From: the human T2T-CHM13v2.0 reference genome, Homo sapiens
Strand: one strand, 5' to 3'
Assembly (NCBI RefSeq): GCF_009914755.1
Contig: NC_060946.1
DNA: 64,000 nucleotides
The notes under the pieces are model-generated. The model did not search any database. It was not told the DNA's origin and saw only the letters and a list, made by a program, of their open reading frames with translations. Below, one piece after another: positions 16,897-33,226 of this stretch (position 1 is its first letter; each line of letters opens with the position of its first letter). A program made the translations under genes and the position numbers.

Positions 16897-17008
16897 GTGG
16901 TTTGAATGTGTCAGCATGCTGGTGATCCTGCTGAACTGCGTGACACTTGGCATGTACCAGCCGTGCGACGACATGGACTGCCTGTCCGACCGCTGCAAGA
17001 TCCTGCAG
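16897..17008 (+). CDS. CACNA1I: CACNA1I coding exon 2 (repeat I S1 and S1-S2 loop)
   Basis: 1 nt + [37 protein letters not shown]. Residues such as WFEC and MYQPCDD fit Cav3.3 rather than Cav3.1/3.2 (recalled). Acceptor ...GTGCAC| (AC, U12 type), donor CAG|GTGAGC. 112 nt. Confidence 0.95.
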
Positions 17009-17536
17009 GTGAGCCGGCCGCCCCGCCCCGCCCCGCCCTGCCCTCATCCTCCAGGACCCGGCCTATGCCCCGCCCACTCCACACCCCCGCCCCATGTCCT
17101 GGCCTTGCCCCGCCCACTCCATGCCCCGCCCCGCTCCGTGCCCTTCCCCATCCTGCGCTGCACTACCAAGCGCTGCCGCACTCAGCCACCACCAGCCGCA
17201 CTCACTTGGCTGACCCTTCCTCACTCCCACCTGGTCTTACCTATTACCCTTCGGATCCTCTCTTCCCTTTATCTCTCCTCTCCACCTTGAAGCCTCTACC
17301 TTAGTCCAGGCCTCAATCTTCTCCTACCCGGGTGCCCCCACCAGCCTTCTCCTGCACCCGCCACATGCACACCTGCAAAGAACAGTGACCCCGACTCTCC
17401 TCTGCCTACAACCTGCACTTCGTCCCCCGTGCTCTTGGACTAGAGGCCAAGTTCACACCCTGCCCTAGATGCCCTTTAGGAGCGGGCCTCTGGTTTTACA
17501 TTCGGTTATCTCCTGAGGTCCTGGGGTGGGGCTTGA

Positions 17537-17997
<461 letters not shown>

Positions 17998-18029
17998 TCT
18001 GCCTCTTGGGTTTCTATAGGACTCAGTAG

Positions 18030-18499
<470 letters not shown>

Positions 18500-19264
18500 T
18501 TAGCCTCATGGTGAGTTCACCGAACAAGCACCTCTGTGTCCTCACCACTGGCCTAGCCCTGGCACACAGTAGGTATGTGGCACCTGTTTGTTGAATTGAG
18601 TTGGCTGCAGCCCTCACTAATCCTGGAAACAGGAATTCCACCCAGTCCCCGCCCTCAGGAAGCATAATCTCATAGCCTCCTTTGTGGGCAGAGAAAGGCA
18701 ACACTGAGGCCTGTGCCTGGGGGCTACTTTGAGACAGCTGCTTCCATGGGGGCTTTGGGGTGAGACCCACCGGAGTTTCAATCCTGGTTCTGCCACTTAT
18801 CTGCTGTGTGACCTGTGGGGCAAGTTGCTTAACCTCTCTGAGTCTCTGTTTCCTCATCTGTAAAATGGGACTACCCATGGGGTCCTTGGGAGAATTAGGA
18901 GAGAGAATGGGGGTCAAGTGTGTAGCCAGTGCTTGGTAATTATTAGGGAGAATATGGGACGGCCCCTCACCCCACCCCCACCTGGGGCTCTTCTATCTGT
19001 TCCTAGGCTTAGGGAACAGATAGAACGGGCTGTATGACCTTGGGCAAACTCATTCCCGTCTCTGGGCCACAGTCTCCTCATCTATGAAATGACTGCATTG
19101 GACTGGGATCACTGAGGTTCTCCTCCTGCCCAGGAGGAGTTTCCGGGTGTTTCCCAGGCCCCTTGCATCCATGTGGTGTCCCCACCTCACACTGTGGCTG
19201 CAACCCCTGGGCCCTGCTCTGCAACCTCACCCTGTCCCTTGCTTCCCTCCTCCTGCCCCTGCAG

Positions 19265-19398
19265 GTCTTTGATGACTTCATCTTTATCTTCTTTGCCATG
19301 GAGATGGTGCTCAAGATGGTGGCCCTGGGGATTTTTGGCAAGAAGTGCTACCTCGGGGACACATGGAACCGCCTGGATTTCTTCATCGTCATGGCAGG
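19265..19398 (+). CDS. CACNA1I: CACNA1I coding exon 3 (repeat I S2-S3)
   Basis: [44 protein letters not shown]+GG. Pyrimidine tract + CAG acceptor, donor AGG|GTAGGT. 134 nt, phase-compatible with both neighbours. Confidence 0.97.
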
Positions 19399-20547
19399 GT
19401 AGGTAGCGCCCGCCAGGCAGGTCCTAGCCTCTGGTGCACACCAGGCATAATTGAGAGAATCCAGGGCTTCTTGCTGATGGCGATGAAGGGGAATCACGGT
19501 GATGCGTGGGACCCTCCTGGACCCCTGGGCTGGGAGGAATGATGGACAGACAGACATTCTTTCCTCCCTTCCTAAGTTGTGCGTCCTCCAGCACTGCCAG
19601 CGGATACTGGGTGAGTTTATGTTAATTAATGATACGACCTTGAGAGAGCCACTGACGCTCTCTAAGCTTTCATTTCCTCATCTGAAAAGGGGAATAATAA
19701 TAGTAGCTGCGTCAAAATGAGCACCCAATAAATGCTAGCTGTTAGGATTGCTATCCTGGATCTCTCATCACGCCAGAGACCGAGCACAGACTCAAGCACT
19801 GTCTGACTCCAGACTGTGGTTATTTCTACCGAGACACAAGCTGCCGTCAGGGACAGGCCTGGTTACAGCTGAGCCCATCTGGAGCGTCTGTGACCCTGCT
19901 CTGGGTCTTATGCCTGCTTTCCTGGGTCAAACCCATCCATGCATTCATCCATCAACCAGGGACTGAACAACTTGCTCCCCAGTGTTGGCGCCGCCCTAGC
20001 TGCTGGGGGCAAGGAGGAGAGCAAGCCAGACACAGGCCTTGTCCTTCCTACTCCTGTCTCGGGGAGGCACCCACCTGCTACGCCAGTGGGCGTGCCTTCA
20101 CACACGGGGACCAGGGCGCTGGGCAAAGCATGTGGTTTGCTGAGAGCATTTAACACAGCAGCCCGACTGAGCCAAGCTGGGGACTTGGGGGCTTGAGGGC
20201 TTCCTGAGGAGGTGACACGGGAGAGCTGAAGGATGAGGAGACATTAACCATGCCCAAGAGTGGGTCATTATTAGGGCAGAGGAGAGAGAAAAAGGCTGGA
20301 GGCTGTACGTGTGTGTGTGAGAGAGGGTGTGTGAGTGTGTGTGTCAGTGTATGTGTGTATGTGTGTGACTTCGTGTGTAGAATGCTATTGAGGAGGTGTG
20401 ACCTTTTTGATTCAGTAGACGCATGGCTGAGACGGACAGTCAGGGTGTGAGAATCCCATCAGGTATCTGCTAAATTCCACAGATGTGTTCTGAAGTGAGG
20501 TGATTCGTTTCACTAGGGTTTTAAAAAAGTTACACCTCTTCTAAGCT

Positions 20548-21003
20548 TGCTTGCTCTCTCGCTTTCTCTCCTTCCTTCCTTCCCTCCCTCCCTCCCTCCC
20601 TCCTTCCTTCCTTCCTTCCTTCTCTCTCTCTTTCTTTCACCCTCCCTCCCTTCCTTCCTTCCTTCCTTCCCTCCTTCCTTCCTTCCCTCCCTCCCTCCCT
20701 CCCTTCCTTCCTTCCTTCCTTCCCTCCTTCCTTCCTTCCCTCCCTCCCTCCCTCCCTCCCTTCCTTCCTTCCTTCCTTCCTTCCTTCCTTCCTTCCCTCC
20801 TTCCTTCCTTCCCTCCCTCCCTCCCTCCCTCCTTCCTTCCTTCTCTCTCTTTCTTTCGCCCGCCCTCCCTCTCTCCCTCCCTCCCTCCCTTCCTTCCTTC
20901 CTTCCTTCCTTCCCTCCCTCCCTCCCTCCCTCCTTCCTTCCTTCCTTCCTTCTCTCTCTCTTTCTTTCGCCCTCCCTCCCTCCCTCCCTTCCTTCCTTCC
21001 TTC
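20548..21003. repeat. (CCTT/CCCT)n polypyrimidine tract, about 450 bp
   Basis: Almost pure C/T, contiguous with the tail of the antisense Alu. Confidence 0.95.
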
Positions 21004-21394
<391 letters not shown>

Positions 21395-21744
21395 TGAGCA
21401 CTGTATCCTCCTCTTAGTCACGTTCTTCGTTTTCATTCTTATTCTGGTTTGGCTGGAGAACATCTTTAAGTAGATTTTTTTTTAAAAGAAAAGGTGTTTG
21501 GATAGTGTCATTTTTCAATCTTGCCTGTCCAAACATATATTCCTTTGATCTTTGAGTGTGGACCGTTATTTGTGCTATTGTAGAGTCAGAACACTGCACA
21601 CATCCTGCCATTCAAACCTACACTATAGTATTGCAGGTGAGTCCAGTACAGATCTGGTTCCTCTTTCTCGGAAGATGACCTTCTTTTTCCTGACTAGAAG
21701 CTTGTGGGCTTTTCTCTTTACCTTCACAATCAGACCTTTCTCTA

Positions 21745-22088
<344 letters not shown>

Positions 22089-22418
22089 GATTCATGCTTT
22101 CCATCATCTCAGAAGAAAGTTCTTCCATCTCTTCTTTGACTATGGCCCATTATTCTCTGCTGTCTCCTTCTGGAATTCATGTTATATAGATGTTTCTGTC
22201 CTCTATCTTTTGTCCATGCCTTTCCCCTTTTCTTTCACAGATTTTGCTTGTAATATGAGAGAAATCTTTGACTTGGGCTTCTGAATCACAAGTGGGCTTT
22301 TCAGCAATGTCCTTTCCCCTATTTACTGCCCCTATGGAATAATTCATTTCCTCAGTGTCTTTTTAATTCACAAGAACACTTCTTGTTTTTGGATTTCTTG
22401 TTTTTCAGAGTACCTTGT

Positions 22419-22502
22419 GCCTGTTCTTGTTTTATGGATGCCTGCTCTTGTTTTATGGATGCCTGCTCTTGTTTTATGGATGCCTGCTCTTGTTTTATAA
22501 AT
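22419..22502. repeat. 21-bp tandem repeat x4 (GCCTGCTCTTGTTTTATGGAT)
   Basis: Directly visible; the two central copies are identical. Confidence 0.9.
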
Positions 22503-23324
22503 ACAATATTCACCTGAATCTCCTTATATACTAATTAGGCTTCTTAAAAGTCTTTTCACGATTCTGGAAGTAACCCTGTACCAAAGTATAATTTCTGAAA
22601 AGGTAAAAAAAGTGACCCTTACACAAATCTTAGAATGAATGTATACGGCAGATTTATCCAGCTCGTTAAGGAGTAGGGACTCAGCAGATGGTAATCAGCA
22701 GAATTAGGAAAACAGACATCGGAGAAAGAATGTAGGAAGAAAGTGAGATTAGAGTCAAAACTGGTTAATAACCTACAGGGTAATAAACCATAACCTTTGG
22801 AGTTATCTTTTGGGCAGAAATCACATACATCTCTGCCAGATAAAAATCTACAAGTTAAAATGTAATTTCATAGCATCCAGACCTTTAGTGAACAGGAAAT
22901 TGTGAAGCAAACAAAGGTATTTTCTCCCTGGATAATGAAATAATCTTTAAATGGCCTGTTAAATTATGCTTCAAAATGACATTGCGAGAAATAGTGCCCT
23001 CCTTTTGCCGTATTTCCAAGTTCTAGGGTAATTTTTCCTAACTCTTGTTTCAGGGAAGTCATTTGTTCTGCTGGCTCCACAGACTGACTCCCATGGGCAC
23101 CCCCACGCTGCCCTTTTGACTTGAAGCATTCTGTATTGCTTAGCGATTCTTTCCTGTCTGCTCATATTTATAAATAAAGACGATGAGGCTCTAAGCTGAG
23201 CAGGGTGAAGAGCTGCCTAGCTTCAGCATCGTGGTGAGCTCTCAGTTTGACATTTTCTCTTGGTCCTCGAGATGGGGGCTGGATGAGGCGAGGTCTGCAG
23301 GCCAGCATCCTTGGGAGATCAGGG

Positions 23325-23487
23325 AGGGCTGGGCATGGGGCTGACATGCGATGTGTGCGGTCACACAGGGCCCCACGCTTGGGTCCATACTCTGCTGTCA
23401 CTATTTTGAAATTCTTAATCATTTATGAACAAGGGGCCCTGCATCTTCAGTTTGCACCAAGTCCCACAATGATGTAGGTGGTCCTGG
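23325..23487. mobile_element. MER91-like hAT relic
   Basis: GTCACACAGGGCCCC...TTGAAATTCTTAAT...TTTGCACCAAGTCCCACA. Confidence 0.6.
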
Positions 23488-23510
23488 CTGAGGGATAGAT
23501 GCAAAGGAGA

Positions 23511-23797
23511 CTTTTTTTTGAGGCAGTTTCATTCTGTCACCCAGGCTGGAGTGCAGTGGTGCGATCACAGCTTACTGCAGCCTCGCCCTCCCTGGACTCA
23601 GGTGATCCTCCCACTTCAGCCTCCCAAGTAGCTGGGACTACAGGCACATGCCCCATGCCCGGCTAATTTTTTTTTTTTTTACTTTTTAATTTTTTTGTAG
23701 AGACAAGCTCTCACTATGTGACCTCCTGGGTTCAAGTGATCCTCCCACCTTGGCCTCTTGAAGCGCTGGGATACAGGTGTGAGCCACCACGCTCAGC
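23511..23797 (-). mobile_element. AluJ with internal deletion
   Basis: Antisense Alu missing part of the left arm after CACTATGT. Confidence 0.85.
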
Positions 23798-25404
23798 TGA
23801 CTTTTTTGCTGGAGTCATGAGCACTCTCACTGCCCAGCTATGTGCTGGATTTGGGAACTCAGGTGAACAGGACCACCCCGTGCTCAAGGTCGTTCCCATC
23901 CTTTGTGCCCAGGGGTGGCGTGGGTGGAGAGGACAGGATGGGGAGTCACAACCCTGGCTCCAGAGCCCAGCCCTCCGGTCCCCCTCCCACCCAAGACCCG
24001 TCCCCAGAGCTGCCCACCCACCCCCCAAATCCCACCCAGGCCTGGTGCTATAAATGTTCTGTTCCCCGAGTAACCGGCCTATTTGCTCCCTTCCTCTACC
24101 TCCCCTTCCCCAAATTAATTACTAGCTCTTTCTTCAAGCTGTGGAGGCAGACATAGCACCTCCGAGTTAGAAGGTTCCTTAGAGGTCACGGCCTTCATCT
24201 CCACATCTGGTGTAACCCTCATGGCAGGTGTGTCTGAGACTGGGGCCTGCCTCTGTTCCCAGGCTGCCCCTGCAGGGAGCACAGTGCCTCACCAGGCGGC
24301 TGGTCTCAAACTAGGACATCCAAATGCACTAGAAAGCTCTTTCTTTCACGGAGCTGAAACTGATCTTCCTGTGGCTCCCACCGGATGGTACCATTCATTC
24401 ATTCATTCATTCATTCACTAAATCGACCTTTATTGAGCATCTACTACATGCCAGGCCTTGTGCAGAGCAGTGGGGGCATGAAGATGAACAAGACAGGCCC
24501 TTTGTGATTTCACGTAACTTTCAGTTTGGAAAACAGAAATAAAACACATCACCACAACTAAAGTCTAAATTGGGATCCATGCTGTTGTCAGGAAGCATAG
24601 AGAGCCATCAGGTCATGGAATGGGGTCCTGCTTTTGATTGGGGGGTGTCACTGTATGTCACACTGAGGGACAGACCTGGGGTAGGTAAGAGCTGGCCAGG
24701 CAGAGAGCTGGGGGAAAGGGAGTTTCAGGCAGCGGGGAAGCATGCAGGAGGCCTGAGGGGGTGCATGAGGAAGGGAAAGGTGAGTGACAGGGGATGCTGG
24801 AGCCCAGGGTTTCTGGGGGGTGGGTGCTAAGACATGAGGCCAGAGAAGGGCAAGGGCTTCATTGCACAGGCAAGGTCCAGAGGCTGCAGGGATGGTATCA
24901 CTGACAAACTCATAGCCGTCCTTCAGAAGTTGGGGGGTGGTTCCTGTCCTCCTCAAGTCTCCCCTTCCAGATGAAATGTCCCCAGCCTTCCCACCATTTG
25001 TCAAAGGACAGCGTTCATCCCTTATCTGCTGGACTCGCTTCAGGCTGTCTCTGTCCCTGGCAGGAGAACGGGATCCCACCCTCCCAATGATGGCTTATGG
25101 GGTAGAGAGAATGGGCTGCCCTCGCCCCAGTGAAGTGTGGGATTGCGGTGGCCTGGGGAGTGGCCATGCTCCCTTTTGCCGTCAGGTCATGTTCACTCTC
25201 CAAACCAGGTCTCTCCCACCCTGGAACTAAAAGTTGGTGATTTTTAAAACCCACGTGAAAAACTTTGCACTTACTGCTGTTGAGTTCATCTCACCGTGGC
25301 CTCTTGGAGTCCTGAGGCAGCCGCTCATTCCATGCACTTCCTGCACTCGCACAGCTCAGGATAGTGAGTCCTGTGGCACCGCACTAGACTCTTCCAGTGT
25401 GTGA

Positions 25405-25778
<374 letters not shown>

Positions 25779-26609
25779 TAAGCTACACTTTTCTGCCTCT
25801 GTCCATTAGGAGGTCATGAACTATTCAATCACATTCTTGCTGAACTTGAGACGTTCTTTATCTGTGTATCTCCCTTGGTGCATCATGCTGGTAATTCTAT
25901 CTCCTCCCCCAACCAGAAACAAAATGGCCATTGCCACCTGTGGGGAGGGGCCTGGGCACTTCTGTTAAAAGTTCCCCAAGAATTCTGATGTCTGGTCTCT
26001 GGGGGTGAGCCAGGGGTGGAGGGTGAGGCTACTGGGATCTCTCCAGAATGAGGTTTGCCAAGGACATGGCTGATGTGGGCCCTGTCTTGGATGAGTACAG
26101 AGAACAGGAGGCGCCTTACATCTGAAAGACTTCGCAAGCTTCTGACTGTGTGGAGAATGGAACAGCTGAGGGCAGGGTGTGCACAGATCAGGAATGCGAA
26201 CTGCCCCACTCCCCAAACACATGCAAATCCTTTCACCCCTTCTCAATGTTCCTCCAACGTCAGGGAGCAGCAGGATCACTGGGGCATGTGTTTAAAAGCA
26301 GATTTCTGGCCTTAGCTCAGGGATCCACTGCCAGCAGGCAGGCAGAGCTTAGAAATCTGCATTGTAACCAAACGCCCAGGTGGCCCTGATGTGGTCTGTG
26401 GGCCACTGGTGGAGAAATTACAGCTCATTCGACTGTCACAGCAGCCTCTAATCAGGAGGACTGAAAGGTACAGGTCATGATTCCCAGTCTGGGAACCGCA
26501 GGAAGGGGAAGAGAGATAGGGAGGGCTCCATCTCTGCATCTGTGTCCAGGATTTGAATAATTTTCATGACAGGTAGAAGTACTTTGTGAACAGAACAGTG
26601 GGAACTCTA

Positions 26610-27770
<1,161 letters not shown>

Positions 27771-28261
27771 TTATTGTACCCTGGAAACATGGTCTCTGGA
27801 ATGCTGGGAACAGCTTCTCCACCCTGACTCTTACAGACTCTTGGGAAACAAAAAGCCACTAAGAATTGTTCCTCAGCTCTGGGCTAGGGCTTTCTAGAAA
27901 GATCAGGCAGGTATGTCCCTGCTGAGGTTGCTGGCTGAGAGTTCCTTTTTTCCAAAGTGCCCCATCAGTGGGACTTCAAAAGGCAAAGGTAATTTAATTC
28001 TCTGATGCCTCCTCCAGGAGTGTGATAAGAATAAGGACGCTGACTGCTGAGTGCTCACACCGTGCATCATCCTGTTGAATGGTCAGACAAGCCCTGTGAG
28101 GGCTGTGGTCAGTTCCACCTCACAGATGAGGCAGTGACAGGAGTAACTTGCCTGAGGTCACAGGCTGGTAAGGGGCAGAGTCAGGAGTTGAACCCAGGGA
28201 GCTTAGCTCCACCAGCTCCACCAGGATTGGGTCCTGGTTCAGTGTGACTGCTGGGTGTATT

Positions 28262-28640
28262 TGTCAGGGATGCATTTGGCTGCAAGTAATAGAAAACCCA
28301 ACCAACTGTGGCTCAGGCAAATCCTGAATCCGTGTTTTTCTGACACAACACAAAGTTCTGGTTACTGGTGATAGTTCTGCAGTGTGGGGGCTGACATCCT
28401 TGTGATTTTCCAGGCCTTTCTTTCATGGTCACAAGGCAGCCGGTGAAGCCGTGGGTGTCATGTCTGAATTAAAGACAGGAAAGAAGGGTGAAGAGTGACA
28501 GGGCATGTCCACTTGGATCAGGAAAATGAGATTTTCTTTCCGGGATCCTTCCCTTCCCTAGTGCATTTGGCCAGAACTGGGTCTGATGGACACCTGAGTG
28601 GCAGCAAGGCTAGGAAAGCAGAAAGCATCATTGAACTTGG
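28262..28640. mobile_element. MLT1-family MaLR LTR fragment
   Basis: TTTGGCTGCAAGTAATAGAAAACCC start motif; ends approximate. Confidence 0.6.
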
Positions 28641-29404
28641 CTAAATCAAACAAGAGTTGTTCCTTGGGTTCAGGCAAGATCACAAGAGAGAGAACGCCCA
28701 TCATGGGGGCACTCCGAGTCAGCCACATTCCTCTCCTTGAGCCTCAGTTTCTTCACCCACCCTCTGCCAAAGCCGTGGCTCTACCATGTCTCCAAGCCCT
28801 GGTTAGAGCTTCTGGAGCTCTGCCTGTGCTGACTGGGCAGGGGCAGGGCTCTGTTGAGATCTCTAACGTCAATACCAACCTAGGCAAGCTCCACAGAGCC
28901 CAGTGCCTGTCAGCAGATCCTGCTGTGGTCATGGGAATCAGAAGGCAATCACTTGGATGCCCAGAAGCCTTTGGAGCTGGCCTTCCTGCACAACTCTGTG
29001 TGCACTATTGGTGGGTAAGGGAAGCCCTCCGAATGTCTTGAAGCCCAGGGGACCCTTCTGGTTTTGTCATTGACTTTACACTCTGATCTATCCTGGACTT
29101 ACAGGTCTGTCTGCCCTGCGGCTGTGGATGCTCAGATGCACTGGGTGCTCTGAGGGCAGGACCAAGGCTAGTCATCATCCTGAAGTCCCCAGAGCCGTGG
29201 AGGCATCATTACATGTTTGTTTCCTGTCTGTTGCACCCAGGCACGAAAGAGCTGGGGAGAGGATATCTGGAGCCATTTTCTTTAAGCTGAGCTGCCGTTG
29301 GGTGGGCGTGGACTGGGGAAGGTTCCAATAGGAACCTTAGTGTGTTTTTCTCATTTGCATATGGGATGGGATGGGAGAGAGGGTGATGGTCACTGTGGAG
29401 GCTC

Positions 29405-29418
29405 GTTTCCATGGAAAC
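29405..29418. promoter_or_regulatory. Candidate RFX X-box (perfect palindrome GTTTCCATGGAAAC)
   Basis: Motif match only. Confidence 0.5.
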
Positions 29419-30561
29419 AGGATGGTAGCTGCCATGTGTGATGTTGGGGGAAGTCACCAGAGATTCTCTGGCCACAGGCTGAGGTGCCTGACACGGGTCA
29501 ATCATGAATCGGGAAGGACTATCTCTGTTACGTGGGACAGAAACCCCGAATCTGGTTTAAGGGAGTCAACTGTTTCCTCTACTGAAAAGCCAAGAGGTCT
29601 CCAGCTTCAGGGCCCGCTTGCTCTAGAATCCTGAAAGATGTCTCTAGATGGTGTGTGCTCCTATCCCACAGCTCTGCTAGTCTGTGCTGACTTCCCTCCC
29701 TGGAGCTTTCACGGTGGCAGGGTGGTGGCAGGCAGCTCGGGGCTCAGTGCCGACTCCCTCCAGTTCAGACACACCTTTCCTTTCCTAGCAGTTCCAATCA
29801 GTCCTGGGAACTGAGCCTCTTTGGCCTGGATTGGCTGGTGTGGGGCATGTGCTCATCCCTAAGCCAATCACTGAGGGTAGGGTGGGCAGAGCTCCTATAG
29901 GCCAGACGGAGGTGAAGGCTCACCCCTGGCAGGATGTGTCAGCTGTGCCCCTATCACGTGGCTGAGGGTGGGGAGGCTGGTCAGGGAGGCTGGAAAGGGA
30001 TGCTGGACAGGGAGGATCCCAGGCCAGGCCTTGTTACTCCTGGAGTTCACAAGGGCGCCCTGGCTGGTGGAAACCAAGCCGTTTAGGTGGCCTACCATGA
30101 ACTATCATTAACTGACTGAGTTGGGCTTTTTTACACCCATGATGGTGTTACATCCTGACAATCCCCAGAAATTAGTATTGTTAACACCATTTTGCAGATG
30201 AGAAAATGGAGTGTCAGAGAGATTGGTAGCCTGCCTCAGGACACACTCAGCCTTTATGGATCAGATCTGGGATTGCTCAGGTCTGGCTGCCCCCAGGGCT
30301 CGTGCTCACCCATGACATGAAGGGGTTGTACATTTCCAGAGGCTGAAATATAAGCCGTTGATTTGCCTCACTAGCCCTCAGAAAGCAGTGAGGTGAGTCC
30401 CCTGAGAGGAACATTTCCCCCAGGCTCTGGTTAGAGCCAAAAGCATCTCTGCACCACACAGAGCCCACTCTCTGGTTCCCAGCAGCCATTCTCACCTGCC
30501 GTGCTGCCAAGACTACTCTGGAGTAATGGAGCTAAGTTTCACGGGAGGCAGACATCATGAG

Positions 30562-30634
30562 GCATACACTAAAATTATTCATTGTTTATCTGAAGCTCAG
30601 ATTTAACTGGGAAGCTTCTATTTATCTGGCAACT
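30562..30634. mobile_element. MER53 half element
   Basis: AAAATTATTCATTGTTTATCTGAA...ATTTAACTGG...TTTATCTGGCAAC. Confidence 0.65.
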
Positions 30635-30917
30635 CTACCCAGAAATAAACCACTGGAGTAAAGTAACCCAAATGGAGGCTTGGAGAGAGAAGGTCCAGGT
30701 CTTCTGCCACTGAGGTTCCCAGAGCTGCCCTGGTTCCCACCTGCCTGGGTTCTGTCTTTGCAGCCCATCCCTCAGCTTTGTGGCCAACCCAGCATTCTTC
30801 CCCCAAATCCCCCCTGTACTCTGAGCTTGGCCTGAGTTGGTTTCAGAGCGTCAGTCAACTGGGCTTAATAACCTCTGTTCTTTGGCCTCATAGGTTTGTG
30901 TGAGGAACTGCGAGTGT

Positions 30918-31307
30918 TGCTGTTGTTTGAATGTGTCTCCCATAGTTCATGTGTTGGCAACCTAATGCCAAGTGCAACAGAGTTGAGAGGTGGGACCTTT
31001 AAGAAGTGACCAGGTCATGAGGACTCAGCCCTCGTGGATGGATTAATGCCATTATTGTGGGAGTGGGATGGTTATCGTGGGAGTGGGTTCCTGATGAGAG
31101 GGATGAGTTTGGCCCCTTCCCTGTCTCACACACACTTTCTTGCCCTTCTGCCACGTGATGACACAGCAAGAAAGTCCTCGCCAGATGCAGCTCCTTGATG
31201 TTGGACTTCCCAGCCTCCAGAATCGTAAACCAAATTAATTTCTTTTTTAAAAATAAATCATCCAGTCTTTCTGCTTCTGTTATAGCAGCAGAAAATGGAC
31301 TAAGACA
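30918..31307 (+). mobile_element. MST-family MaLR solo LTR
   Basis: TGCTGTTGTTTGAATGTGTC...GGACTTCCCAGCCTCCAGAA...GGACTAAGACA. Confidence 0.8.
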
Positions 31308-31308
31308 G

Positions 31309-31670
31309 GTATCTTAGTCTGTTTGGGGTGCTCTAACAAAATACCATAAACCGGGTGCCTCATAAACAACAGAAATCTAGTTCTCACAGTTCTGGAGGTT
31401 GGGAAGTCCAAGATCAAGGTGCTGGCAGATTCAATGTCTGGTGGGGGCCACTTCCTCATAGATGAGTCTTCTCATTGAGTCCTCACTTGAGTCCTCACGT
31501 GAAGGGGCAGATGAGTTTCCCTTTGCCTGTTTTAAAAAGGTGCTAATCTCATTCTTGAGGGCCCTGCCTTCATGATCTAATCACCTCCCCAAAGGCCCTA
31601 ATACCATCACCTTGGGGGATAGAATTTCAATGTATGAATTTTAAGTGGATATAAATATTCAGACCATAGC
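31309..31670 (-). mobile_element. MLT1A/MST-family MaLR solo LTR
   Basis: TCTTAGTCTGTTTGGG...CTCACAGTTCTGGAGG...AAGTCCAAGATCAAGG...CAGACCATAGCA. Confidence 0.8.
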
Positions 31671-32594
31671 AATGGGTGAAATGACCCATAAATCATGAGG
31701 TGCTGGCCACAGTCAAGGGTTAATGTCATTACTCCCAAATCCTCTCCATTATTTCCTTCCTCCTTCTCTCCCTCCTTCCCTCCATCCCTCCACAGAACAC
31801 CTACTGTGTGCTAGGTCCCCGGATATTGGCAATGGCTGGTGGTCTAGTTACCAACCAACACAAGCCTGAGTCATCACAGAGCTGCCTCCTGACAGATGAT
31901 CTGTGATTTCCAGCATCTCAGCTTCCCTTCCATTAGCTACATCTTAAATCACATTTTAAGAAAGCCCCCGTGGGCCCCTTGTGAAGATTGAGGAAACACC
32001 CTATTTTTATCAGCCACACACAGAAATCATCTCCTGGGCGGGGTATTTCCTGGAAAGATGTTAAATCTCAGTCATTTCTTGTGGCTTCTTGTCAGCTCCA
32101 AGCTTTTTTTTTCTTTCTTCTTTTTTTCTGATCTTGTCCCTCAAATTATTTGTTTGACAAACTCACACAGGGAATCCACCTCTAAGTCAGAACCTGGGCT
32201 GGGCACTGGGGACCCAGCAGGGGCTCTGAGCCAACCCCTGCTCTGAGGAACAGGGACAGGTGCCCAGAGGTGCCCTCATAGAGGATCAGTGGGACACCAG
32301 GCAGAAGAGCTCATCTCTGCCTGGGGGTGGGGTCTGGAGAGGGCCTCATGTGATTCGTGGGCGCGTGTGAGCTGAGGTAACAGTTGAGGCTGCGATACAA
32401 TAATAGCTCACATTTCTTGGCTGTTCCTTGTGTGAGGCCCTGTTCTGAGTACTGGATCTGTATATGAACATGTTTCAGGTCAGTGACTTGCCCAAAGTCA
32501 CATGGGACACAAGCAGCGAGCTGGGATTGGAACCCAGCTCTGTACTCTGACCATCGGGTAGCACTGCCTTGGAGGATGCTGGCCCTGGTCCTAG

Positions 32595-33226
<632 letters not shown>

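Noticed and set aside
16787-17290. 167-aa ORF as a standalone gene or extended exon
   Set aside because: Only 16897-17008 matches the channel; the flanks are intronic read-through. The same applies to the ORFs overlapping exons 3-7.
29530-29545. 16-nt inverted match to 48608-48623 (ACGTGGGACAGAAACC)
   Set aside because: About one 16-mer self-match is expected by chance in 64 kb, and it does not extend.
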